Shown here: piece after piece, positions 39,184-49,666 of the stretch
Position numbering within the stretch: the stretch's first letter is position 1
How the letters are laid out: each line of letters starts with the position of its first letter
Virus record (IMG/VR): IMGVR_UViG_3300020735_000006
Span: 35,950 to 99,949 of that record
Length of the DNA stretch: 64,000 bases
From: a virus
Taxonomy: Duplodnaviria > Heunggongvirae > Uroviricota > Caudoviricetes
Direction: 5' to 3' (one strand)
Program-made: the position numbers and the translations under genes
The notes under the pieces: model-generated
Seen by the model: only the letters and a program-made list of their open reading frames with translations
What the model was told of the DNA's origin: nothing
Database searches by the model: none

Positions 39184-39424
39184 AATCAAACATGGTACAC
39201 GTATTCAACGTGCGTGGAATTCGATCAAACGGCAATTAAAGATTGCACGAGCACACGGCAATCCTGTAGCTGAACCCCATCGCTATGCTAAACATCATGC
39301 AATGGATTGTGGGCAACCACATTGTACCTTGTGCGGTAATCCACGTAATAGTAAAGCAACTAAGGGCAAGGATAAGTTAACTACCCAAGAGAAACGTAAC
39401 AATCAAAAAGCAAAAGATGAGTGA
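39164..39424 (+). CDS. Small basic Cys/His-rich (zinc-finger-like) protein
   Basis: HAMDCGQPHCTLCGNP cluster. Lys/Arg-rich termini. Confidence 0.45.
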   Translation: MSKEEDKIKHGTRIQRAWNSIKRQLKIARAHGNPVAEPHRYAKHHAMDCGQPHCTLCGNPRNSKATKGKDKLTTQEKRNNQKAKDE

Positions 39425-39887
39425 TCCCTTAGATATTAAAAACGAAATGGCACAGTTTGATCGTAAGAATAGAGATTTTTACGATAGTCTTGATGAGCAA
39501 AATAAAAAGAAATTTGCTCCATTCTTGATGATTCGTTGGGGTAGTAGTGTAGGCGGTAGCGTAGACTTACAAGCATACTATCTAATGAGTTGCAATGAAA
39601 ACTTAAACAAGAACTTCTTTGAGATTAGCGCCTCCAAACATAAAAAGCTACAATGGCTATTAGCAACAACTGTAAGTCCAGGTATGGGCAATCAATATCA
39701 TCAATGGATTACTCCGAAGAAAAAAGGCGCAGGCGATAATAAGGCTGTTAAGTTTCTTAAAGAGTTATATCCTGAATTAAAAGAAGATGAGATTAAACTA
39801 TTAGCGCAGATTAACACTAAAGATGATCTTAAAACTCATGCCAAATCGATGGGCTGGGATGATAAGAAGATCAAAGAATTAACATGA
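39417..39887 (+). CDS. Hypothetical protein
   Basis: 156-aa ORF. Confidence 0.5.
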   Translation: MSDPLDIKNEMAQFDRKNRDFYDSLDEQNKKKFAPFLMIRWGSSVGGSVDLQAYYLMSCNENLNKNFFEISASKHKKLQWLLATTVSPGMGNQYHQWITPKKKGAGDNKAVKFLKELYPELKEDEIKLLAQINTKDDLKTHAKSMGWDDKKIKELT

Positions 39888-40624
39888 TTCAAAACCTAGT
39901 TGTCAATGGATGTAGTTACATGGAGGGCTACGCCGCCGGCCTTGGTCACAATGACCTGGCTACCCAATTGGGAATCTCTCATGCAGAAAGTTTAGCAATT
40001 GGTGGTAGTGCTAACAGTAGAATAATTAGAACAACATTAAAGCACAGTTATCAAACTACAGAGCCTACTTTCTATATTATGGGATTAACATTTGTTAGTC
40101 GGTTAGAACTTCCAATCATTGGAATGGGGCTAGAAGAAGAAAAAACATCGTTTGAAGGACGGTGGTGTAACCCACAAAATCAGGAGTTTTCTGATCGTTA
40201 CGATCACTTTTGGAATAGAGCAGAAAGTGAAAAATTTGTAAAACAAAAAATAATGGTAGAAGCATACAGTCTAATAGATCGTACAGAAGATTTAATGTAC
40301 CGCATACTTTCTACTATAGATAATTTACAAGCAAGAGGTCACCAAGTATTAGTTTATCAACAAGCAGATGACAGTTATCAATATTTACTAGGACGTGATA
40401 GATTACATCTATTTCGTAGTAGTGAGAATATCATTGATGGGTTCAACTGGGCTGCAATTAAATACCAACATGAGCAAGGTGTTCCATTCAATGAATCCAC
40501 GGGCCATGGGAACTTTATCGGTCATCAAAATACTCCGGAACATTTACGGCATCGTGCTACAGGTGCCCACCAAGTTCTTAATGAATACCTTGTAAAATAT
40601 ATCAATGATCGAAACCTTATATAA
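39884..40624 (+). CDS. SGNH-hydrolase-like protein (paralog 3, divergent)
   Basis: LVVNGCSYMEG, AIGGSANS and C-terminal STGHGNFIGHQ follow the same block order as paralogs 1 and 2. Confidence 0.4.
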   Translation: MIQNLVVNGCSYMEGYAAGLGHNDLATQLGISHAESLAIGGSANSRIIRTTLKHSYQTTEPTFYIMGLTFVSRLELPIIGMGLEEEKTSFEGRWCNPQNQEFSDRYDHFWNRAESEKFVKQKIMVEAYSLIDRTEDLMYRILSTIDNLQARGHQVLVYQQADDSYQYLLGRDRLHLFRSSENIIDGFNWAAIKYQHEQGVPFNESTGHGNFIGHQNTPEHLRHRATGAHQVLNEYLVKYINDRNLI

Positions 40625-41297
40625 GTGTAAATATTGTGAAAAAGACTTCCGTAAAGAATCAAGTCTTGCGGTACATCTCTGCGAGCAAAAGCGCCGTTGG
40701 CAACAAGAAAAGGAAGTGCCGGTCCAACTTGGGCTTAAGGCATACTTACGTTTTTATGAAATTACGCAGGGAAGTGCAAAGTTAAAAAGTTATATTGACT
40801 TTGCAAAGTCGCCGTATTATAATGCCTTTGTTAAGTGGGGCAGACATATGGTAGCCATTAGGGGTATTAATCCCACACAGTTCTTAGAATGGTTATTAAA
40901 GAATAATAAGAAGCTAGACTTCTGGTGTAAGGATGAGTTTTACGTTACTTACTTACACGAATACTTAAAACGTGAAGCAGTACAAGATGCACTAGAACGT
41001 GCTTTAAAGGAAATGCAGAATTATGCGGAAGATCATTTGGAACTTAGGAATGGGTTTAGCGACTATTTTAGGTATGGTAACGGGAATCGTATTTGTTATC
41101 ATATCAGCACTGGCAGGATTAGTCCTTGGGTTGTATATAACTGCGACAGTGGAGTTGCCTTTTTGGATTCGCTCGGTGAAGAACAAGTTGAAATGATTAT
41201 TCCTTGGATTGACCCCGAACACTGGCAACGCAAATTTAAAGATTACCTAGCCGATACTGAATGGGTTAAAGAAATATTATCGAAAGCAGGATTATGA
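40605..41297 (+). CDS. Hypothetical protein with N-terminal C2H2-like zinc finger
   Basis: CKYCEKDFRKESSLAVHLC. Confidence 0.45.
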   Translation: MIETLYKCKYCEKDFRKESSLAVHLCEQKRRWQQEKEVPVQLGLKAYLRFYEITQGSAKLKSYIDFAKSPYYNAFVKWGRHMVAIRGINPTQFLEWLLKNNKKLDFWCKDEFYVTYLHEYLKREAVQDALERALKEMQNYAEDHLELRNGFSDYFRYGNGNRICYHISTGRISPWVVYNCDSGVAFLDSLGEEQVEMIIPWIDPEHWQRKFKDYLADTEWVKEILSKAGL

Positions 41298-41884
41298 AAT
41301 TTAAATCGGATATTGACATTGATTTCGCAGACCGTACAAAGGCATTAGCATTACTTAAACATAATCCTGCAAGTATCAATCGCGACGGTAATTGGGTTCC
41401 GCACAATACAGGGGTATATGTAACTGATGTACCAATTGATCCATTTACTGGTCGTGCCAGCATCGATCATAAGGTAGCAGAAGATCGCGGTTATATGAAA
41501 TTGGACTTTTTGAATGTATCATTATATACTCAGATAAAAAGTGAGCAACATTTACAAGAACTTATTGCACAAGAACCAGAATGGGATCGACTATATGATC
41601 CAGAATTTTGTAGTCGGTTAATACATATTGGTAATCACTACGAAACACTTATTAAGATGCCAGAAGCAGTTAATAGTATACCTCGCATGGCGATGTTACT
41701 TGCAGTAATAAGACCTGCGAAGAGGCACTTAATAGGCGAAACCTGGGCAAATGTAGCTAAAACCGTATGGGAAAAGCCCCAAGATGATGGGTATTTCTTT
41801 AAACGTAGCCATTCTGTGGCCTATGCACACCTAGTGGTGGTTAATATGAATTTGTTAACTAACTCTACGAACGAGAGTAATTGA
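41294..41884 (+). CDS. Hypothetical protein
   Basis: 196-aa ORF. Confidence 0.5.
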   Translation: MKFKSDIDIDFADRTKALALLKHNPASINRDGNWVPHNTGVYVTDVPIDPFTGRASIDHKVAEDRGYMKLDFLNVSLYTQIKSEQHLQELIAQEPEWDRLYDPEFCSRLIHIGNHYETLIKMPEAVNSIPRMAMLLAVIRPAKRHLIGETWANVAKTVWEKPQDDGYFFKRSHSVAYAHLVVVNMNLLTNSTNESN

Positions 41885-42229
41885 TTTACGTTTACTACGC
41901 TTGGTAGCCATTTCTTTTAAGCTCACGTAAGGGCCCATTTTAATTTCTACATCCTTACTATTCATAGTACGTAGACACGTTTTAAAAATGCCCCAATCTT
42001 GCTTTAAAAACACATTAATAGGCATAAGTCTATTACTTTCCCACCACCATGTTTCCCCTAAAATTAAGAATACCTTCTTAATTTCTGCGTCTTTGAGACT
42101 GCCAAAATCATAAAGTGTTGTTATAACTTCGTCAAAGTTTTGAATGATGCCGATGTAATCGTTGCCGCCATAGGTAATATAGCTAATGAATGGGTACTGA
42201 CTTAAGAGTTGCTTGTAGTGATCTTCCAC
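41855..42229 (-). CDS. Hypothetical protein (convergent, minus strand)
   Basis: 124-aa ORF filling the gap between +strand genes. Confidence 0.4.
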   Translation of the reverse strand: MEDHYKQLLSQYPFISYITYGGNDYIGIIQNFDEVITTLYDFGSLKDAEIKKVFLILGETWWWESNRLMPINVFLKQDWGIFKTCLRTMNSKDVEIKMGPYVSLKEMATKRSKRKSITLVRRVS

Positions 42230-42264
42230 GTTATCCGATAAATATGTTAAAGACGAGCAAATAA

Positions 42265-42759
42265 ATGATTACTGTCAAAACATATTTATATCCGAATACC
42301 ATCGAGGTTCAAGTTTTTGATCCTACGATTTTCACAACAAGGAACCGCCAAGTGTATAGCCGCCCAATTAAAGTTTACCAAGGTGTAGACAATCCCGTTC
42401 AAGTTATCATGCGTAATCAAGACCAGAAATCAGTTAATCTAACTGGTTATGCTGTTCAAGCAGATATACAAGATCCTACTAATCAAGTTACAATTAATAG
42501 TTTTGCTGTGTCATTTGCAGATATTACTAAAGGACTCGGTAACTTCGTAATTGATAAAGATACACTTGATAGTTTAGAACAACGTTTTTATAAACTAACA
42601 TTTAAAACAATTAAACAATCCGATAACACAGAAGCTCCTATGTATATCGATGACAACTACGGTGTACCACTAGATTTAGAAGTATTGCCAGCTTACTGGT
42701 CTAATACAAGTGGTGAACCCGGAGTAGAAGAAACAGTATTTGATGGTGGAACACTATAA
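42265..42759 (+). CDS. Hypothetical virion-associated protein upstream of the tail fibre
   Basis: 164 aa, beta-rich. ATGA-coupled to the tail-fibre gene. Confidence 0.45.
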   Translation: MITVKTYLYPNTIEVQVFDPTIFTTRNRQVYSRPIKVYQGVDNPVQVIMRNQDQKSVNLTGYAVQADIQDPTNQVTINSFAVSFADITKGLGNFVIDKDTLDSLEQRFYKLTFKTIKQSDNTEAPMYIDDNYGVPLDLEVLPAYWSNTSGEPGVEETVFDGGTL

Positions 42760-44573
42760 TGACCGTAGCTAATGTACATATACAACAAGTCCTTTTGCGT
42801 AGAGGCAATACAATACAATCCAGCAGTTACACTGGCCCAATTGGTGAAGTTATTCTTGACACAGATTTGCATACTCTCAGAATACAAGATGGTGTAACTA
42901 CTGGCGGTGTGATGACCCTGGCAACACAAGCACAGATTGATACTTTAACTAATAATATTATTACTATTACTGGAGTTGACAGTAATATAGTTTCTGAAAT
43001 TACAAACATATTAAATGGTAATGTTACATTTGGTAATCTAATTCCAAGCGCAGATAATACATACAATCTAGGTACTCCAACAGAACAGTGGGAAAACTTA
43101 TACCTAAGTGGTAATAGTATTTTTATCGGTGGCTCAGAGTTAAGTGTTATTAATGGAAACTTAACCATTGGCGGCAATGCAGTTACTGGCGGAACACAAT
43201 GGAATATTCCTGTAGATGGTTGTCCAATCTATGCAGAATTAACAGCAGATCATTTTCGGGCATATACACAGAATAGTCATTTAGATTTAGAAAATATTGG
43301 TTACTGGAGTATTGGTAGCAATGCCAATGGGTCTGGTATTTTTGGTACAGACACCGATTCTACATTATACTCCAACTATGGCAATGTTTACATAAGAACC
43401 AATGACAGCCAGAGCTATTTTATATTTGATACCGCAGGAACTATGACAGTACCGGGCATTATTAATCTACCATATGGTTCTATTACTACCGGATTTGGTC
43501 CTGGCATATCGCTATTAGCTAACGTAGATGCAAACCAATACTTTACAGTAATGGCCACTGGCAATGCAACTAATATCGGCCAAACGTTGATTTTTACAGA
43601 ACAAAACAACATTGGATTTGAAATAGTTAACACTGAGAATGATAACAATTATAGTTGGCAATTTGATAGTCTAGGTCGTACAGTATTACCGGGTAACATC
43701 GTATTTTCTGACAGTACAGTACAAACAACCGCGGGTACTGTATGGACAGGAGCATGGGACCCAGAGGGTTACTATACTAGCAATGTTAGCATAGTTACAT
43801 ACAATGGTAATGCGTTCATAAAAATTGGTGGCAATGGCAATTCTGGAAGTAGTCCAGACAACGATAATATTCGTTGGACTCCTTTTTCAACTGGAAGCAC
43901 AGTAACAGGCAATATCGGATTTATCGGCGATGCTATGTATGACCTTGCTGGGATTACAATAGAGAACGCAGATTTGAGTCACGGTGCTACAGCGGCAGTT
44001 ATTATTCCTCCCAATGGATCTAATAATTCAGTACAAGTAAACAATACCAATGGCGCTATCGCAGTACAAGCAGGCACAGGATCGGTCATTACAGCGTCTT
44101 GGACATTTGGCACAGATGGAAATTTAACACTACCGGGTAATCTAAACTTTACAGCAAGTCCGAACGCTATCTCTGGTGTCGGTATCATTAACGCACAATA
44201 CTATTACGGTGATGGTAGCAATCTAACTAACTTACCATTGTCTACTCCTGCATTAATAGAGTTCTTAGCACAGGTTGGTAATGACACTTATGCAGCATCT
44301 ACAACTGATAATATTATCGTTGCAGATAGCAATGGTGGATTTACTGCATTTATTGTATTGCCATCTAATCCCGGAAATGGTAAGCAATATACTATTAAGA
44401 AATCAACAACATTTAGTAGCCATCCGATTACAGTTAGTGCTGCCGGGGGCGCAAATATTGAGGGTAGCAACCAGACTATAAGCTTCAATAATCCGTTTGG
44501 TTATATTACTTTGGTATACGATATTAATGCTGAGGGCTATTGGGTCATTGGTGGCAACTACGCATCAGTTTAA
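42759..44573 (+). CDS. Tail fibre protein
   Basis: N-terminus LLRRGNTIQSSSYTGPIGEVILDTDLHTLRIQDGVTTGG matches the conserved phage tail-fibre N-terminal motif (RGG…GExxxDTD…DGxTxGG). Long Gly/Asn/Thr/Ser-rich beta-rich body. Confidence 0.65.
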   Translation: MTVANVHIQQVLLRRGNTIQSSSYTGPIGEVILDTDLHTLRIQDGVTTGGVMTLATQAQIDTLTNNIITITGVDSNIVSEITNILNGNVTFGNLIPSADNTYNLGTPTEQWENLYLSGNSIFIGGSELSVINGNLTIGGNAVTGGTQWNIPVDGCPIYAELTADHFRAYTQNSHLDLENIGYWSIGSNANGSGIFGTDTDSTLYSNYGNVYIRTNDSQSYFIFDTAGTMTVPGIINLPYGSITTGFGPGISLLANVDANQYFTVMATGNATNIGQTLIFTEQNNIGFEIVNTENDNNYSWQFDSLGRTVLPGNIVFSDSTVQTTAGTVWTGAWDPEGYYTSNVSIVTYNGNAFIKIGGNGNSGSSPDNDNIRWTPFSTGSTVTGNIGFIGDAMYDLAGITIENADLSHGATAAVIIPPNGSNNSVQVNNTNGAIAVQAGTGSVITASWTFGTDGNLTLPGNLNFTASPNAISGVGIINAQYYYGDGSNLTNLPLSTPALIEFLAQVGNDTYAASTTDNIIVADSNGGFTAFIVLPSNPGNGKQYTIKKSTTFSSHPITVSAAGGANIEGSNQTISFNNPFGYITLVYDINAEGYWVIGGNYASV

Positions 44574-44618
44574 TCAATTGATTTGATTTAATTTAGCATT
44601 CCTGCTATAATAGTAGAA

Positions 44619-45650
44619 ATGTTGAACTCTATCCGCGACGCCGTTACACAAATATTACCAGGAAAACGTAAAACTAACTCTACTTCGGGTTGGATAAGTT
44701 TCAATGCACCCTGCTGTCATCATAACGGCGAATCAGCCGATACCAGATCACGTGGCGGTATGGTAATGAACCCAGACGGCGGCGTTAGTTATCATTGTTT
44801 TAACTGCAACTTCAAAGCAAGTTATGTTCCGGGTCGTCATTTAACATATAAATTCCGTAAGTTATTAAGTTGGATGGGAGCAGATGATGGCACAGTCAAA
44901 CGATTAGTTATTGATGCTATCCGTATCCAGGACTTAGTAGCACCAGAACAACTAGCAGAAGTAGTAGAACAAGAAGAAATTAAGTTTAAAGCGCGGCCTC
45001 TACCTAAAGATGCAAGCGACTTGGCGGAGCTTGGTCTAATGTATAAGCTCACAGACTATGTAGATATGCCAATGGAGTATGTGGCAGCAGTGGTATATGT
45101 CAATGATAGAAAAATTGATTTAAATAAATATCATTTCTACTGGACCCTTGATACATTACATAGCATGAACAAGCGTATAATTATTCCATTTACTTGGAAG
45201 AATCGAATTATTGGTTATACAGCAAGAACATTCGTTGAGGATGTAACGCCCAAGTATTATAACAGTCACGAAGGCAACTACGTATTCAACGTAGACAAAC
45301 AATTAAAAGATGCTAAGTTTGTTATTGTAGTTGAAGGGCCATTTGATGCTATGGCAGTAGATGGTGTTGCTATTCTAGGCAATGAGTGCAGCGAAATACA
45401 AGCAGATATTATTGATAGCTTAGGACGTGAAGTTATTGTTGTACCCGATGCAGATCGAGCAGGCGCCAACTTGGTAGACAAGGCAATCGAATATGGGTGG
45501 AGTGTTAGCTTTCCTATATGGCAAGAAGAACACAAAGACGTTGCAAGCGCAGTAGAAGCATATGGTAAACTATTTGTTATTAAAAGTATTATAGATGCAA
45601 AACAATCAAATAAATTAAAAATTGAGTTAAGAAAAAAGAAATTAGTATGA
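44619..45650 (+). CDS. DNA primase (zinc-finger + TOPRIM), gp61-like
   Basis: N-terminal CCHH…HCFNC zinc-binding region. VVEGPFDAMAV and VVPDADRAG acidic TOPRIM motifs. Confidence 0.7.
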   Translation: MLNSIRDAVTQILPGKRKTNSTSGWISFNAPCCHHNGESADTRSRGGMVMNPDGGVSYHCFNCNFKASYVPGRHLTYKFRKLLSWMGADDGTVKRLVIDAIRIQDLVAPEQLAEVVEQEEIKFKARPLPKDASDLAELGLMYKLTDYVDMPMEYVAAVVYVNDRKIDLNKYHFYWTLDTLHSMNKRIIIPFTWKNRIIGYTARTFVEDVTPKYYNSHEGNYVFNVDKQLKDAKFVIVVEGPFDAMAVDGVAILGNECSEIQADIIDSLGREVIVVPDADRAGANLVDKAIEYGWSVSFPIWQEEHKDVASAVEAYGKLFVIKSIIDAKQSNKLKIELRKKKLV

Positions 45651-46531
45651 TTTTAATACCGTTTGTTCCAGGTTCGTTTGCATCAACAGTTGAATACGTT
45701 TTGCGGGCATTTACTAAAGAGTATAAAGAAGATCGGATTAATTCAATAATTTGTAACGATGGGTCAATGCATTCTTTTAAAAAGACAAATCATATTTGTG
45801 AAAATACTGTATTAATGGATCAAATTTTAGAGTCCAATTTTACAAATGATATTGTAACTCCAATATATCCTTTTACAAATCTTCATGCAGATGAAACTAT
45901 TAGGTTAATCAACGAAACGGTGTTAGAATCTACTAGAATTGTTTTTCTTTACATTGCTAATATAGAGTATGCTGAGATTAATATGTTATTTCAGTATTAT
46001 AAAATTGCAATTGGATTAGGATTAGGAATAGATATATTCTGTGGTAAAAATCAAGATAACATAACTAATTGGAATGCTAAGTATACACATTGGTCAGATA
46101 TGCAAGTTTGGGAATTACGAGAATGGCTAAGTATATTTTATCCAATTTGGGTTAACGAATGGATAACTGCTGTAAATTATAACCCCCGGGGAATTAAGAT
46201 TAGCACCGGCGACATACTCAATGATACTAGTAATACCTTTAAAAAAATTATCAATTATTGTAACTTAACTGAAGATATTTTAGTAGACCAGTTTGCAGTA
46301 GAGTGGAGGCAAAAACAACAATATGTATTAGACGAATATGAATTAATAAAAGATATTGTTAACTATTCTATATCGGGCAAAGAATTAACATGGACTAAAT
46401 TAAACATTATATCAGAATCGATAATACAACAAAAATTAAGATTGAATGGGTTTGAAATTAAATGCTATGATCTAAATGAATTTCCAACCGATTCGACAAC
46501 ATTAGGATCTCTACTAGAAAGTAATATATAA
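45647..46531 (+). CDS. Hypothetical protein
   Basis: 294-aa ORF between the primase and helicase genes. Confidence 0.5.
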   Translation: MILIPFVPGSFASTVEYVLRAFTKEYKEDRINSIICNDGSMHSFKKTNHICENTVLMDQILESNFTNDIVTPIYPFTNLHADETIRLINETVLESTRIVFLYIANIEYAEINMLFQYYKIAIGLGLGIDIFCGKNQDNITNWNAKYTHWSDMQVWELREWLSIFYPIWVNEWITAVNYNPRGIKISTGDILNDTSNTFKKIINYCNLTEDILVDQFAVEWRQKQQYVLDEYELIKDIVNYSISGKELTWTKLNIISESIIQQKLRLNGFEIKCYDLNEFPTDSTTLGSLLESNI

Positions 46532-46537
46532 TATACT

Positions 46538-47977
46538 ATGGCAACTGAATACACACCAGAATTACAAAAATTGTTTTTAGAAATGATGATTCAAGACGCA
46601 CAAAGTTTTGTGAGAATACAAAATATTTACAATCCAGAGAACTTTGATCGCAGTTTAAGAGAAGCTGCTAAATTTATTGCTAGCCACTCGGCTGAGTATA
46701 AAACACTTCCCACAGTAGAACAAATTAAAGCACTAACAGGAGTAGAACTTAGACCGATTCCCGATACTGTTGAAGGTCATCAAGAGTGGTTTATGAAAGA
46801 ATTTGAGGGATTCTCACGTAAAGAAGAACTTAGTCGTGCTATTCTTAAAGCAGCAGATCTATTAGAAGAAGGCGACTACGATCCTGTAGAAAAGTTAATT
46901 AAAGATGCAGTACAGATCAGTTTAACTAAAGACTTAGGTACAGATTACTTTGCTGATCCACATGCACGTATTGACAAGTATTTTAATAGTGGTGGACAAG
47001 TAAGTACAGGGTGGCCACAAATGGATAAGATCTTATATGGCGGATTTAGTCGTGGCGAACTTAACATTTTTGCTGGCGGTTCAGGTTCGGGTAAGAGCTT
47101 GGTTATGATGAATATTGCATTAAGTTGGTTGCAAGCAGGACTAAGTGGTGTATATATTAGTTTAGAACTCAGTGAAGAACTAGTCGCACTAAGAACAGAT
47201 GCTATGTTAACTAGCATGGGCACAAAAGACATTCGTAAGGATATTGATACTACAGAACTTAAAGTTAAGATGGTGGGTAAGAAGTCTGGCAAGTATCGTA
47301 TTAAAGCATTACCGGCACAAAGTAACGTAAATGATATTCGTAGTTTCATTAAAGAGTATCAAATACAAACAAACAACAAAGTAGACTTTGTCATGTGCGA
47401 TTATCTAGACTTAGTAATGCCGGTATCGGTTAAAGTAAATCCAAATGATCAGTTTATTAAAGACAAATATGTAGCAGAAGAATTGCGTAACTTATCACAA
47501 GAGCTAGGCGTGTTGTTTGTAACAGCGTCGCAGTTAAATCGTAGTGCAGTTGAAGAAATTGAATTTGACCATAGTCATATTGCAGGTGGTATCTCTAAGA
47601 TTAATACAGCAGATAACGTATTTGGTATCTTTACAAGTCGTGCCATGAAAGAACGTGGCAAATATCAAATTCAATGTATGAAGTCACGTAGTTCAACTGG
47701 CGTAGGGCAAAAGATTGACTTAGAATATAACATTGAAACTATGCGTATTACTGACCCAGGCGAAGAAGTGGGTAGTGCCGGAGGCAATGGTTATAAGCCA
47801 TCTGCAAGTATTATGAATCAAATTAAGACTACATCTACTATTAATCAAACAACTGGATTACCTGTAGCTAAAGAAGGGTGGAAATTAGATGAAAACACAG
47901 CACCGCCGCCAGGCAGTAGTGTAGAAAGCACTAAATTAAAGTCAATGCTCGCTGGCCTAAAAGCCAAGTCTGAATAA
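46538..47977 (+). CDS. Replicative DNA helicase, DnaB/gp41-like
   Basis: Walker A AGGSGSGKS. RecA-fold blocks (DYLDLV Walker B, ASQLNR). Length 479 aa. Confidence 0.8.
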   Translation: MATEYTPELQKLFLEMMIQDAQSFVRIQNIYNPENFDRSLREAAKFIASHSAEYKTLPTVEQIKALTGVELRPIPDTVEGHQEWFMKEFEGFSRKEELSRAILKAADLLEEGDYDPVEKLIKDAVQISLTKDLGTDYFADPHARIDKYFNSGGQVSTGWPQMDKILYGGFSRGELNIFAGGSGSGKSLVMMNIALSWLQAGLSGVYISLELSEELVALRTDAMLTSMGTKDIRKDIDTTELKVKMVGKKSGKYRIKALPAQSNVNDIRSFIKEYQIQTNNKVDFVMCDYLDLVMPVSVKVNPNDQFIKDKYVAEELRNLSQELGVLFVTASQLNRSAVEEIEFDHSHIAGGISKINTADNVFGIFTSRAMKERGKYQIQCMKSRSSTGVGQKIDLEYNIETMRITDPGEEVGSAGGNGYKPSASIMNQIKTTSTINQTTGLPVAKEGWKLDENTAPPPGSSVESTKLKSMLAGLKAKSE

Positions 47978-47982
47978 ATCCA

Positions 47983-47990
47983 TATAAATA
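47983..47990 (+). promoter_or_regulatory. TATAAATA box (T4-late-promoter-like)
   Basis: Exact TATAAATA 21 nt upstream of the TTG-initiated ORF at 48011. Confidence 0.35.
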
Positions 47991-48010
47991 CAACATAACT
48001 GGAGCATACC

Positions 48011-48259
48011 TTGCAAAAGAAGGCCCGTAGCATATTAGACGAACTAGACACGTTGCTAGTACACAAAGATCGTGAGAATCTTGTGGAAAGCCGTGCCTCC
48101 AACGTAATCGCTGGAGCAATCAATCTAATCAATTATATACGTGAAAATTACGATGCCGAACAAGCAGGAGAGCTGGAACGCCGATTAATCAATTCAATCC
48201 GTACCCAAGAGCCAGAGAAATTTAAACGTGGTGTACGGAGAATGAAAAGTGAAGATTAA
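48011..48259 (+). CDS. Hypothetical small protein (TTG start)
   Basis: 82-aa ORF with GGAG RBS 8 nt upstream of TTG. Confidence 0.35.
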   Translation: MQKKARSILDELDTLLVHKDRENLVESRASNVIAGAINLINYIRENYDAEQAGELERRLINSIRTQEPEKFKRGVRRMKSED

Positions 48260-48899
48260 CGAGGTTATTGTAGAAGCATTAAACACAGATACTGGCACAC
48301 CTAATCCATCGGTATTTAAACCAAATCCTGCGCGAACCATACCACACCCAAAACTACAACAAAAGCCAACTTTATGGAATAAAATTAAAGCAGGAGCTAA
48401 AAGTTTTGTACAACCCGATGCCCAAGACACACAAAATACAAAAACAGAAGTTACAGCTCAACGATCTTCGCAACCTTGGATACGTTTATGGAATAGTAAA
48501 ATAGCAAAAAATCCAAGTCTTGCACAAAATCCAACAGAGTTATTAGCTTTCGCTAAAACAATTTTTGGAAATAGAATTCCTGTAGACCAAATTCCTGCAC
48601 CAACTGATATGAGTAGTGCAGGTGTTTCACAGTATATAACAAAATTAACTGATACATTTATGCAAACTCCAATACTTAAACAGACTCAGACACCAGGTGC
48701 ACAAGATCAACCGACAAAAAGTAGTCGTTTACTTGATCCAGAAGTAGATGTTATCAGCGCAAGGAATCCAATTGTTTTAAAATTTAATGGTAAACGATAC
48801 ACTCGACAACCAAATGGTGAATGGTCTAAATTAGGACAAACAAAACCGATTGATCTTCCTATGCAACAGTTTTTAAATAAAGAATTAGCAAAATTATGA
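48249..48899 (+). CDS. Hypothetical Pro/Gln-rich protein
   Basis: 216-aa ORF. Confidence 0.45.
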   Translation: MKINEVIVEALNTDTGTPNPSVFKPNPARTIPHPKLQQKPTLWNKIKAGAKSFVQPDAQDTQNTKTEVTAQRSSQPWIRLWNSKIAKNPSLAQNPTELLAFAKTIFGNRIPVDQIPAPTDMSSAGVSQYITKLTDTFMQTPILKQTQTPGAQDQPTKSSRLLDPEVDVISARNPIVLKFNGKRYTRQPNGEWSKLGQTKPIDLPMQQFLNKELAKL

Positions 48900-49666
48900 T
48901 GTATCTATACGAAGGCGGGAATGTATTCGACAATACTAGCGATGTAGCAAAAGAAAATGTTGCCGCAGTAGTAGATACGATTAAACGAGAATTGCCTAGT
49001 GGATTGCAAAAACAAGTAATGGCAGATATTGGCTCTGCTGGTTATAAAGTATCAAGTGGCGATATTGATTTGTTTTTAGATCAAGCAACTACAGTGAAGA
49101 ACTTTGGCGTAGAAGATGAAAAGCAAGCTAAACAAGCATTAGCACAATACTTTCAAGCTAAAGGTTATGCAGTAGCAGTAAAAGGTCGCAACGTACACGT
49201 TGATGTTCCTTATAAAACAGCAGACGGTAAGACATTATATGCACAAGTTGACTTAATGATCATACCTAATGCAAAAAAAGTTGCCGACTGGCACCAACAT
49301 GGCCCACGTGGCATGTACGATGATCCAGCATTCAAAGGCAATCAATTGTTTATTCTATTAAATAGTGTTGGTAAATTTTTAGGCCTTAAAGTAGATGCAT
49401 TTGGCGGTACAGTGATGCGCCGGGATGACAATTCCGTAGTTGCAGACACCCGTGAAGCAGCAGCAAAAGTACTCTTAAACCCGGGCGCACATGCAACAGA
49501 TTTAAATTCAGTAGCCTCTGTATTAAAAGCATTAGCCAGTGACCCCGACCGCGAAGGTAAGTTAGCGCAAGCCAAACAAGACCAAGCCAAGGGGTTACTA
49601 ACCCTTCCCGAGGATGTTACTCCGGGAAGCGCCGCATGGTTCCGCAAGATGGGACACCAAATATGA
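48896..49666 (+). CDS. Nucleotidyltransferase-fold protein (candidate)
   Basis: GSAGYKVSSGDIDLFLD fits the pol-beta-type NTase motif hG[GS]…[DE]h[DE]h. Confidence 0.4.
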   Translation: MMYLYEGGNVFDNTSDVAKENVAAVVDTIKRELPSGLQKQVMADIGSAGYKVSSGDIDLFLDQATTVKNFGVEDEKQAKQALAQYFQAKGYAVAVKGRNVHVDVPYKTADGKTLYAQVDLMIIPNAKKVADWHQHGPRGMYDDPAFKGNQLFILLNSVGKFLGLKVDAFGGTVMRRDDNSVVADTREAAAKVLLNPGAHATDLNSVASVLKALASDPDREGKLAQAKQDQAKGLLTLPEDVTPGSAAWFRKMGHQI

